A DNA stretch of 64,000 bases. It comes from Ascidiella aspersa (lineage: Eukaryota). Shown piece by piece: positions 1 through 12,220 of this stretch (positions within the stretch are counted from its first letter, which is position 1; every line of letters starts with the position of its first letter). The notes beneath the pieces were generated by a model. That model saw nothing but the letters and a program-made list of their open reading frames with translations, had not been told where the DNA came from and searched no databases. The stretch is taken from positions 7,688,001 through 7,752,000 of the forward strand of contig OZ004607.1 of the NCBI GenBank assembly GCA_963924565.1. Direction: 5' to 3'. Made by a program: the position numbers and the translations under genes.

Positions 1-3000
1 GCTGCCCGCCCTTCCCTGCTAAACGAATTACTGGTCACTGAAACTTAATTTTCGTGGCCTCGTCGTCGCGAACCGCGTATGTCTTTTGTATGCAGGCCTT
101 TGCCGATGGACCTTCGCTCCCTGGTAACCCTTTTAAAACGAGGGTTGGGTTTTTGGTGAGCTCGACGAATTAAAGTCGAAATTTGTTGGTTTAATTCTGT
201 GGGCCGCTAACAACGTGTTTTTAGGATTAATTGTTTCAGTATGGAACTTTGAGGTGTATCTTCGTTGCGTCATTATAAAAAATTCATAACCCCTCAAACG
301 AAATCATGGATTCGCCCTGTTGTCGTAGTGGGCCTTTGCTCTTGAAAGAGTATTTTTGACTGCGGGGAAAAAAGTTTGCCGACCATTGGTGTAATTGTTT
401 AAAGCGAATAAACGTGTGAAAAAAAAACGAAATCGCCTTGGACAGACGGTATGTCGGAAGCTCGTATAACTGAAAATTGTACGCGTCATCTTTGCACATT
501 TTGACCAATTATATAGTTCAAGAAAATCGTAAATTAACTTTAGAGGCTATTTCGGATTTTTATTTAAAAAATACTGTTGGATGTGTAATTCGGTGCTTTA
601 AAAAAAGGCCACGAAAATGTTTCAAAACTGACTGGTTACCTAAATCTAAAATCTACTAGCTTTATAAAAGTGTTATTTAGTTAAAATGTTCTTTCCAATC
701 AGTTTAGTTTGAAATTGCATCCCTCAAACGTTGCTGTTAAAAATATACTGACCGGATTTCGGTGAAGGCTGGTTAAGACTTGGAGGTACTATTTTCCCTG
801 TACGGAATTTCTCCGATGTGCATTCAAAAAACATAAAAACAACTACGATACCACAGTTGTTGGGAAGATTTGATTACAGACTTTATCCTGATCATCGCCT
901 TTTCGTTTTTTTGCCTTAAAGCGCTTTTGAATGACCGATCGAGCCCGAAAGATCAAATCCGATGAGAGAAGAGTATATTCAATCCGGCTCCTTACCCGGC
1001 GGCGTCTGCCAAGCCTTCAAAATAATGCGTGGCATGTCATAAGCGGGCAGCGGCACTTGCGGCTTGGCTGACCACCGGTCGATGCTAAACGAATGCCGGC
1101 GAGTTATGAATTATAAATGACTGAAGTGGACGCTGCCCTTCCAACTCCTGCGCCCCCTCCCCCCACTATGTCGTCACAATGCACGATAGCGACTTGGCGT
1201 GCGGTCAATTTTCCTTTGTCCGACGTTACCACAACGGCCACCACAAGAATCAATGCCGATTGTCAGAAGTAGTTAAACGGCGAAATATTGCCAGACAGAT
1301 GCGTTATTGGAAATTGACGTTTATTGTGTGGCGAATATCCCTGTGCGGGCAAAATGACGGGACCCTGTCGATTTAATTGATGTTAATGCCGGGAAATAAG
1401 AATGAAAACTGCAGCTGCTCTATCTCTTCTTTGTCTCCGCTAGTTTTTCGCAATACTTCGCTCTGTATTGTACATCACAATTAAGCTGATAACTGATGAT
1501 GATAAGCCATAATTAAAGGCATATATATTCCCTAATACACCAAGAATGGATTGCTTAGAAGACCTTTGAACTTATCATTTCGTCTGCTATTTGTGTATTT
1601 TTGCCCACAATTAAATCATAGGGCTGTAAAGGACTAGGCTAAAGTAAAAGAGACGGCATTTAATTAACACACTTAATCTCAGCGCAAAATTTTGGTTGTA
1701 TAATACAAAAAAGTTGCATAACAACAAAAGTGGATTTCGGAATGACAATGAATGTCATAGCCAAATATCGAAAACGTCTTTTTTAAGATCAATTCGATCT
1801 ACTCGACCTGTTTGGCTTTGACACTTAAGCTACATTACAGACGCGTGTATAGTGTAACGTACTAACAGAAGTGTATTTTGCTGTAAATATGTTCGGGGTT
1901 TGAATAGAAAGCAGAAGAGAAGTGAATTATAATATTTTACGATTTTGTTGGGCATTTCTTACTTGGTGACCATACTTCAACCACCATGTCAAAGCGAGAA
2001 CAACTCTAACTACTATTTTGTTTCAGAATAGCGTATTGCGTCCGACAAACAAACTAGCCCGTTCAGTTGAACTTGGTGAACTCCCCCTACAACACACAAA
2101 AAATACGACGGGGTCTTTATGAGCGATGCGATGCGCATTCCAAAATCATAAAACCATAAATCGTCCAACGCGCGCTCTCTTTCCATTCCGGATGACGTCA
2201 CTCGCCGAATTAAAGCTGGGCGCCGATGATACATCGACAAAAAGCAGCATCAAAAGCAATAAACGTCCAAGGCCATATTTCTATGTGTTCAGCGATATGG
2301 AATTGCCTTCCATAAACTGGTTGGCGGCGACATCTTTACGGCCACGCCGTGACGAATCGTGAGCCAAATTTTATGACATTCGTAGTCGAGCGCGCGAGCC
2401 CTGCTGCCTTATGGCACAACAGAGCGTCGGTTACTTGCGCTTCGTTAGGCAGGCCGACCGCCGGCCAACGCAACTAACCCGAGGCATTCGGGGTCAGGCG
2501 TGGCCAATCGGTTTGAGCGGCCACGATTTGACTTCGCCTCCGCAGCGCCGCTGCAGGAATAGACGGCAAAATGCGGGTATTTTTTTATTAAACTTGGATG
2601 TGCGGCCGTACACTGTGTGTTGGTTGGTTTGTTGTTTACCTTATAACAAATAGGCTAGGGAAATTTACTGTTGCCAATTTGTATACAACCGAGTCTGTTT
2701 GTTAATTACAATGCGAGTTCCGGTTCGAGCCTTATTTTGTTACCAATAGTCGAAACCCGGTTGAGTGTTTTACCATGTAAATAGCAACACCAGTTAATAA
2801 TGTCATTAAGATTTTAAACTCGATAAATTTATCTTTTCATATAGTCTTACCCGGGACAACATTACAGAAGTAAATCACTTTTTACAAAATCAGAAACTTA
2901 AGCAACTGTACGCAAGTAAAGTTCGGTCATTTTAAAAAATGACTCGGTCATTGTACTTAGTTAACCCTTTTTCTGAATAACATTTAATGTAGTTATGTAT

Positions 3001-4877
3001 AGTAGTACAATGGCGGGAGTATATAAGGCAAACACTTTCCGTGTTTTTACTTCTGCCCTATTAGAAACATCGTAATTAGAATGTCCGGACAAACTGTAGG
3101 TATTTTATTGGATAAATCGTAAAACGTTGCCAAATTAATTCCTTGATCTTTTCCCAAAATATGCATATTTTTTTTTTTTTTTTTATCTAACATAGCAAAT
3201 GCCTTACGCAATAGTACAAAATTAATTCTCTGTCATCCGTTTTTTGCTTATAGAAAAAATAAATGGGTTTATTTAACAGGTAACCTAAACAGGAGTACGT
3301 CTTTATCGCATCATTCTTGTGGTTCGAGTTTTTAATAATAGCCAACAACTTTTAACCTCTGTTCAGGATTATATTTTCCTAAAATAAAACACAATTTTCA
3401 AGCACAAAAACACAATCACAAGTTCAATTTCACAATTGCAAGCACAAAGTACACAATAAAACACATTTTTTTATGACAAGCCTTACGCCATCTTAGGAAT
3501 CGGACCAGCATATATCACTTCAGCATGGTTTTTGTTTGCGATAAAAATTTCGCGACCGATTCATGCTGATCACCTTGTTTTTTTATTAGTAATATATTGG
3601 CGAAAAATGCACAAAGAAAACAAGGAAAATGGAAAAGCTCTCATGCAGCTAACGACCATTTACTTTTGTGTATCGACCTACCTTCATTTTTTAAAGCCGA
3701 ATAACGCTCGGAAGTTTGCAGAAAACAACATCGAACAAAGCGCAACATAGTCGAGGCGACTACGTTTTGGCATACTTACCTTGCACATTGATAAATCACA
3801 TACCTTGCACATGTTCTGCGCGGTTTCTCGTTGTGAACTCGAGATGCTAATCTACTTTTTTGTTATTTTTTTAGGCAGAAAACAACAAAATAAAAAGGAC
3901 TGACGAGAATAAATAGCACTTATCAGGAAGCTACAAGATCGGCTAGAGGCCAGCCCACTAAACTTTATCAATTGCAAGTTTTTTAAAATGTAAAGAACAT
4001 ATACATTCTTGGTGTTTTAACTAGTTGATCATAAACACAAACATATAGGGAGCGTAGGGGTTGGGGTGCTAATCGCATTTTATATTATTACACTTAATAG
4101 AAAGACGGATGGGAATAAGAATAGCACCTATCCAAAGCGATAGGTTGGGGTAAAGGTCAGCCCGCTTAACTTTATGAGTTGTGATTGTTTTAGAATTTAA
4201 AACAGAGATAATCATAATATTATTTTCTAAACAGCAGGGTTGGTTACAGGGTTATTTCGTAAGGAAATTAAAAGTAAATTAGATTGGTCGGAGACATTTT
4301 TTTCAAAAGAGTGTGATGCTTCGTTTTATATGAAACGAGCAATTCTAATCGCCAAAAAGTCACAAAACTCCAAAGGCCTCGACAGCGCCTCCAGCGTCTG
4401 TTGGGTTTCGTGCGACCCGCATATCGTTATGCAAAAACAAGGCCGACGCGATTTTTAATTTGTCACGACAGAAGCAACAGCAACCGGGGGATGCAGTATC
4501 TGATTAGGAACGATTCGCAGCCGAGCTAACATGTGTAATCGCCTGACGCCCGCTGATTGATCACGCGCCTGCAAAAATGTATCGGGACTCGGCAGCGTTC
4601 CCATATAACAGCCGAATATTCACCTCGACTGCGCGCGGCCAAATCGCAATCAATCTATCTCGTCATTGATTGTCCGCTGTCGCTGTCGTTGTCGTTTTTC
4701 CGTTTTGTTTTTTTGACAAAGCGCGCCTCGTCGATTCATCTCTAATTAATTGCCGTTCGAGCTCGCTCGACCGCCTCTAACCTTGTTTTGTTTTTTTGCT
4801 TTTGGGAAATCTGTGTGGACCGAAAATTGAGCCATGTAAGATTGGTTTTGAAGGCGCATGTTTTGATGTGCTTTCCA

Positions 4878-5193
4878 CTAGTTTAGTGTTTCTCAAGCTA
4901 TTTTCGCGGGGAACCGACTACTATTTGCGTAAGTTTTACCAGCGAAGCTTTGCCGACCCAGTTCTACTCAATTAACTCTTAATAAGTGTACGGAATATAC
5001 GACAAATAGTATAAATCCATTTAAATTTGACGAATATGAGCCATGTTGTCGCATTTCTCCCCCCGTTTTCCCAATTTTCTGTACCGATCTCAATAAATCT
5101 AACCGTGTAAACTACTGCAGCCGGCGACCCAACCAAATTACACGGCGACATAAGTTTGGGTCGCGACCTAGAGGTTGAGAAACACTAAACTAG
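4878..5193. mobile_element. hAT/Charlie-like MITE
   Basis: 19-bp perfect inverted ends ctagtttagtgtttctcaa...ttgagaaacactaaactag; subterminal gggtcgcgacc. Confidence 0.7.
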
Positions 5194-5779
5194 CTCGTAT
5201 GCTTCGCTTTGTGCTGATTTCTTTCTCAGTTTTGTAAATAGTGTACACACTATCGTTTATTGTTTTTCCGTCATACGCTGTGGCTTGTAAAAGGTAAAAC
5301 TGTGCGGATTTTTCGGGTACGCTAACATTCAATGTAGTATGAAATGTTTGTTGTAGAGAGGTAAAAATAAAGCGACTCACTGCTTGATGTGGATTTTAAC
5401 AATGTCGTGGATATTGTTTAAAAGTGTAGGATTAGATAATTTTATTATACCGAACAAGCATTCGCTAAAAGTCGGATAAGGCTTGGTTTTATTCATATGG
5501 TAAAATGCTCGTCCATAACGCTACAATCGCTGCATATATTTATTTGCTTACCGCGAAATGTATGTTAGGTAAGTATTGAATCACGAATTCCCAAGGTTTG
5601 TGCTGCTCAAAAACAGTTTTTGTTTCTATTTTTAGTGTGTTTTTTTTAAACAAAATGTAATATTGTGTATTATTTTCGCATTTTGCCTCGTTTTTGAGGG
5701 CGTCGTACAGAATCTAAAAATGACCAGAAAGAGCGCTTAACAAGTGCGACTTAACGAAACTTCCAAAGATTTGAATTTA

Positions 5780-6460
5780 TTTTCAGACGGAGTCATTAAA
5801 ATGTTTTCGCCGCTTGCTAAGCGACCGTTGCTTCTTACGAGCCGAAAAAAACAACAACCGACCGCATTTTATTTCCGACCCTGACAAAAAAGCGGCGGCG
5901 ACAATACGACCGAAAGAAAATAATGTCGAGTTTATTCGTTCGCGCTCGAGCCGTCTTGCGAGATGACGAGAGCTTTCCACGCGTCGTCTTCAAGGCTCCT
6001 TCGTATATCGACTTTGCGGTGTTCGCGCGACGCCTCCAAGGTTTTATTCTCACCCGGGCGCGCGGCAAAAGCGGCGAAAATAGTATTTTTCGCGTCCAGG
6101 GCCAGCTAGGAGCGCCCGCGCAGCGACAATTGACCACTTTTCAGTGAAATCCCAGGCGCTAAGCGCGTCTCTAATGGCATAATTGGGCGGCGGAAAAATG
6201 AAGAAACCCCGGGGCATTAGGCGGGGGCTGGCGGGCGCGCACACGGCCAATATCGACGCCGAGAGCCAAGACCACGTTCCTAATGATTTTATAGCGAATG
6301 CATAATTTAAAATTTTGCCGCGAAATTGTCGGGCTAATTGCCGCGCCGTGGGGTAGAGCGCCCCACTTTCGAACCCTCGCCAGCCATCCACAGACTTGAA
6401 ACGTCACTCTCGTTGGGCCGAAAAAGTTTGTTGCACTTGCGACGCATCCCCAGCGATAGC
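5780..6460. promoter_or_regulatory. CpG/GC-rich non-coding island, putative enhancer (one of about six between 0.9 and 12.2 kb)
   Basis: High CpG, clustered TAAT/ATTA and TTTTAT motifs, no convincing coding frame or splice structure. Confidence 0.35.
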
Positions 6461-9400
6461 AAGTTTACTAATTTTCATTAAAATTTAAAGTCCTAATCCA
6501 ATTGATTAACTTGTTAGACGTTGTAAGAATATCGAAGCCAATGCAGAAGTATATAGGTAGCATTTTGAAGGTTTCAAATGTCTCTTTATCCATTTTTTTG
6601 AAAATGAATAAGGAGATATTACGTAATGTTCAAAATGCAACCTACTTCTGTACGGGCTTTGATGTGCTTACGATTTATCAAAGAATATTCTTATTATACC
6701 GTTAACTTGTTTGTTTCTGAAACTCTTTTTTAACTGCTGCTGATTTATCGTAATAATATGTTTGAATGTAAATGTCAGGCAATTATAGCATCTGTAAGAA
6801 TTTATTTACACTCGAAACAGAATCACTGTGTGACGCCCTTGGAAAATTTATACGACGTACAGTTTGAGAACATTCGCCTCAGTTTTGAAGAGTCTAGTTT
6901 TTCTGCATTTTTCGCCATTTGATTATGAATAAAATAAATAATAAAAGGTTTTAAACAGTCTTCAGACTTATACCTTTATTTTTGTTAACGTGCTACTAAA
7001 GGAACGACAGCAAGGCCCAGCAATACAATAATGGCTAAAAAAGAGATTTTTTTCACACACTTTTATATTGAATGCGTATAGAATTTCATTTGAATTTATT
7101 TAAGCCAATGGAATCATTTCCACTATGTGTCGTGCGGAGAACAGACACAACGCACCCCTGTCCTCTCTGTTATTCCCCCCACAGATGCAGTGCGTTGCTA
7201 CTTCCTAATTATTCGAGACTTACGCCGAGCTTGAACTTGAATATCCCCTATATATTGGACGATCTGTTTATTTTCTCAGCGTGGCAGCTAAAGGTAAAGC
7301 AAGTTACTTCTTTGCTGATAGAAACATCAAATATATTGTGAATAACCAAACACGCTATATAGGTATTGGAATGGATAAATGTAAAAACGTTGATGAGTTT
7401 ATTCCCTTTTTTCTCCTCAAAATATGCGCAGATCGTTTTTAATTTTTGACTGAAAGCATTATAAAACAGATTCCTAGTTTATCGTGAATTCATTACCCCC
7501 TGGGTTTATTCGGGCGATCCACTCTTACCCCCTACGGCTCCCGACCGTTTCCTATTTATGGAAAACTAATCGAGTTTAAACTTAAATATGACCTACATTG
7601 GACCTTTATCCTCATACAACCGAGTCCATTATTTTACTACGTTCGTGCTTGCCCAACTGCATTTCGCGATTTCTATATTCTTTTTCACGCTCCGTCGACT
7701 TTCCATTACGCGCTTCAGCTGGCACGTGATTGATGACGTAACGAGCAAAACGCACGCTGCCGATGATGACGACACAGACTTGCGTCCCAATTTTTGGATT
7801 GTGAGTAGGCGACGCGTGCAATTGCTGTCCGCATGTTTTCTGTTATGCGCTGTCAATGGCTTTCTCCTTTGTCTAGACGCGACAGTTTTTTTTTACTCTT
7901 TGTGTCAATCGATCTCTCGGGGATTGAAGACGCAGGTTTTCCCATACTTCTTTTCTGTTTAGTTTTCCAAATTTGTTATTTTTATTTTGACACAGTTGTG
8001 TTTTCAGTTTCTCCCTGAGTTTTAAGTCGTCAGGATCAATTGTGCCGCTCAAACATTTGTTTAAAAAAAAATAGCACGATTAAATGAATGGAGTATCACG
8101 GTTGACTTCATTGTTTGTAGGAATATTTATTAACAACCCAAATACATAGTGGGGTGGATGGCTTTGCAACTAGGTTTATGCTGGTCTTACGTCCAGGTGG
8201 TGTTCGACTTTATTCGGATGTCAAGAGTCGATTCTCATGTGTTAATTTGTTGCCTATATGTTAATTATTCTTATATAAAAAATTCGGCGCTCAAAGGATT
8301 TCACTTTAAACGGAACGTAAATCCAGTTTGAAAACCTTTTTACGTAATTACGTCGTGCCTCTCATGGTAGTTTGCCAACTTTTAAAGGGTGGAGCTTTTG
8401 TCGCCTTTATCCTTGAATGTGTTTATGCTTGCTTTCTGTTGCATATTTGCGCACAATACTTATTTCATGGAGTCACATGTTTACCATACCTCTTCAACAT
8501 AATTACGAATTTCACCTCTGCTCAGATCGTTTCACGTTTTGTGAATTCAACACCAAATTTTATAAACTTTGACAGCGTTATGTCATCCAGTGAAGAAGTC
8601 CTGTACTGTAGTGTAAACAAAAGTTTGCTTAAATGTAGCTTACGCAATTTTTTATTGTGCAACATCTAAATAAATAGAGCTGAGCAATGATGTGTGCAAA
8701 TGAGGAAGAAATATTCAGGGTGATATACATTTCTGCCTATGGGAAATATGTCGCTCTTTGCGGTTTAAGTAAGACATGTGGTTTTTGGTCTATGGCTAGT
8801 TAGTCACGCCTGTAGTACACTAAACGCTGTTTACTTTTCCCTATACGTTTTGTAAATCATTCTTGATTAGTCTTGCTGAGTTAAGTAAAATAATTTGCGT
8901 TTTAATTCCTGTGGTCCCTATTGTTGTACAAACCACCCATCTATACATTTAAACTTACCATTTTAAGGTACACTTTAAAATTAATGATGCGAAGCTTTTG
9001 CTTTACCTAAAGAGTTGTGTAACATTCAATGTGAAGGCTACCATAAGTTATGTTTAGTTGTGTGACACACCGCAAACTATTTTGACTTTACATGCTATTT
9101 TGGTCTTCCAATCTTGAGAGCAGTAGGTGTCTATTGATATTAGATATAGTTGTGTATGCTGCATTTTAATAAGATGGCCATTTTATTAAGACTTATAAAG
9201 GGGTTTGATGCTCATGAACCTTGTGAGTTCAAACAAAATATCTATCAATTTTAATTTGGTAAAAGAGCGGTAATCTACAGACATTTCGGACGTTTATTGG
9301 ATGTTGAAAGTGACATTTTTTTAGATTTTAAAAGCCCAACGACTTTGACAGACCGAGAATGCTGTTTGGTTATTTTAAATGGTATTTAAATATTTCCACA

Positions 9401-9675
9401 GTGTTTGCTATGGTGAAAAATTCCCATAATTAATTGTTTATTCTGTAAATCGCTTAGAAAATTGATTAGGTATCACCCATATACCTATTTGAATGCCGAT
9501 ACGACCAACTGTTTAGTTTCGGATCCGATCAGTCATCGTCAAACATACATGATCCTAAATTCATCGTTTAACAATCACTCGTTAAAATTACCGTCGCTCC
9601 AAATAGCAATTATCGACGAGTAATGTCAAAGAACAGCGCCCAACACACAACAGCGGATGCTATAGCCCTTGGGGC

Positions 9676-10156
9676 CAGTGTTGTGAACCCCCAGTCAAGT
9701 CATTTGTAAACTAAATTAAGTTCAAGTAAAGTATTTTAGAAAAAAATAATTCCCAGTCCAAGTCATCAGTTGCCCAAATTATGTACCTGTCACAATGAGA
9801 ACAAACCAACGCCTAGTTAAGTCATTGTTAAATGAAACGTTAAAAACTAGGTAAAAACTCGTCTCATTATGAGCAATGACTTAACTAAAAATAACAAAAG
9901 CTCAACGTACACCAAGCAAATTGTTTACGTGCAAAAATTTAAACAAATTATCTAAAAATGTTATATGAAAACACTTAATTTCAACTCAACTCATTGAAAC
10001 TTGAGTTGAAATTACTGAATTGCAAGTCAGGTAATTTGTCCAAAAGACTTATGTCAAGTTGAGTCATTTTGCTGAAACGACTTAAGTCAAGTCATTTAAA
10101 AACAGCGACTTAAGTGAGCCGAAGTTAAGTCATTGTCCATGATCATGGCCACACTG
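9676..10156 (+). mobile_element. MITE family A (CAGTGTTGT ends, internal AAGTC pentamer arrays), copy 1
   Basis: Alignable with 16694-17188, 47595-48005 and 54026-54395; degenerate 8-bp flanks cttggggc/cttggtat. Confidence 0.75.
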
Positions 10157-10252
10157 CTTGGTATAACGAATCGCTCCTAAAACACACCAACACCCTTTAA
10201 GAAAACCACACAACGTTTCACGTATTTCGTAGTTCAAATTAAACCGTTAAAC

Positions 10253-10546
10253 TTAGTTCCACTTTATCGCCGTGGTCCAAACCACTTCGTCGTAGGAGAG
10301 ACGCGGAAACCGGGTTAGGTTGAGCACGATGTGCTTAAACTGCTGGAGAACGATTTCGGACGAGCCCACTTCGTCCCTACGCCAACTCAAGTCCACTGCT
10401 TCGCCCAGCTCCGGATCTCTGAAAGCCAGGCTCGCTATCAGATACAGGCCCACCAGGTGACGTACCAGCGTTAGGACGAATATCAAGTAAAAAGATACGT
10501 CCACCGTAAACTTGAGCCCGCCTACCAGTTTTAACAACTTGTCCAT
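10253..10546 (-). CDS. Putative 97-aa orphan protein with a hydrophobic (TM-like) segment
   Basis: ATG after an A-run; GC-rich codons sharply bounded by the start and stop in an AT-rich context; hydrophobic residues about 13-42; candidate acceptor at 10666-10667; no family recognised. Confidence 0.55.
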   Translation of the reverse strand: MDKLLKLVGGLKFTVDVSFYLIFVLTLVRHLVGLYLIASLAFRDPELGEAVDLSWRRDEVGSSEIVLQQFKHIVLNLTRFPRLSYDEVVWTTAIKWN

Positions 10547-11349
10547 TTTTTTTTATAAATTTTTGCCTCTATAGTCACATTATCGCTGAACTATAAGCTT
10601 CACTAAGCTCTAATTTGTTTTTTCTTGGATTGCCTTCAAACCCAAGTTGATTATGTACAGGTTGACTGTGACATCACAAAACGCTCAAATTTAAGTTTAA
10701 TGTGTTTTCTGTAAAATATTCACCTTTTATTTTTATATTTTCCCGCAAGGAGTTCAATGGCCTTTTCCCGATATTTCGAATGCCATCTGCTCGAAAAATC
10801 GATCGTACATTACCGCAGAAAGTTGCGTCATCGATTTGAGTGGTACTTTCTAACGGCATTAATATCATTAGATTGATTTTTAATAATTTAGGGGAATTCG
10901 CAAATTTGTTTACGTCCATTTGACAGGGTTAACTTCGTTGTGGTAAGGTTGTAATGTTAAAACAGGGATACCGCAGCTTTGCACAGTGATTTAGGCCGGG
11001 AAGTTACACTTTATTGCCAGTATTTCATTACATATTACACCTACACCAGCAGGCATACTAACACTTAAGTCACCGACATTACATCAGCAATTGGTCGTTT
11101 AAAGGTTCGCTAAAACAGTGCTTTTAAACCAACTTTTATCAAGAATTTAAAGGCCCACAATTACCAAAAATCGCACAAAGCACACGAGCAATCGACTGAG
11201 TTGCTAAATCTGTGTGCATCTCTCATACTAAAAGTGTTTCTTTTATTGAAGAATTGGGTGAACAAATTACAAAGGTCTGCGATACAATGCCCGCTTTAGG
11301 CAGATGGTTCGTCGAGTAAAGCCCATACATCATTTACTCGGATGAAACT

Positions 11350-12220
11350 GCAACTCAGTGGCCACTGCAAAGCGCGTAAGGTTTCGCGTCGCAGAAGGGA
11401 AACCGACTTCGAAAATTTGCGCATCAGGGTTATGTTTTTCCGGCGCCAGGGGATCGATTTGGTCGCTAAAGCGTCGGCGGCAGCAGCGGAAAATTGCTAC
11501 CGTCGCCACCGCTCCTATACTTCTGCTGCTGTTTCAGACTCTTCTGCTGGTAACAAGGCCCACAACATGCTTCCCTTGCATCGATCGACACGACACGCAC
11601 AATTCCCAACCGCACACAAAAACTTGATTAATTTCCGCCCCTCCCAGTCCTTAGCCCGTCGGCGAACAGCAACGCTTTATGTTTTCTCTATGACGGCGAA
11701 AGTTTTAATTTGCTCGCCGCCGATCGATCAGTGCGATTTCCGATGAAGCGAAATACGCTGCCTCGCCGTCTTTTTCACACCGCTCGGGGCCTGCTCAACG
11801 AACGAGGCCTAAAGCGGCCGCACGAACCGTTGTGCGCGCCGACGGCCGGCCTTACGCAAAAATGAAATTATTCAATCTCGCGCTGTTGGCCGGCGCGGCC
11901 ATTTAGCGGTCGATACTGGGCCCGTGGGCACCGTTATTAAATCGCAAAGTCTATTTCTAATCCACTTACATCTGTCCCGAGCTATTAATGAAAAGTGGCC
12001 CCCAGCCTTTATGCCCGCTCGCCCGCCCGCCCGCCGCTGCAGCGCGATATTCGCTCAGTCTTTTGTTTTTTTCTGTTCGTTTGCATGACACAATGACGTA
12101 ATTTTTTTGGCATTTCTCACGCGCGGCGTTTTTCGGCTAAATTAAATTCTCGCGCATTAAATGATAAATGGATTTTCCCCGCTTAATCCGATTCCGTCAT
12201 ATTTGTCGGCGGTCTTGGAG
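11350..12220. promoter_or_regulatory. CpG/GC-rich non-coding island, putative enhancer or promoter of the 97-aa ORF
   Basis: High CpG, GC boxes (gcccgcccgcccgcc), multiple ATTA/TAAT. Confidence 0.35.

Noticed and set aside
3772-3783. ATACTTACCT resembling the U1 snRNA 5' end (also near 60381)
   Set aside because: No downstream U1 stem-loops or Sm site; simply a reverse-complement splice donor consensus.
7184-7293. Exon-like segment with good acceptor and donor
   Set aside because: No partner exons or recognisable product; could be a lncRNA exon but unsupported.
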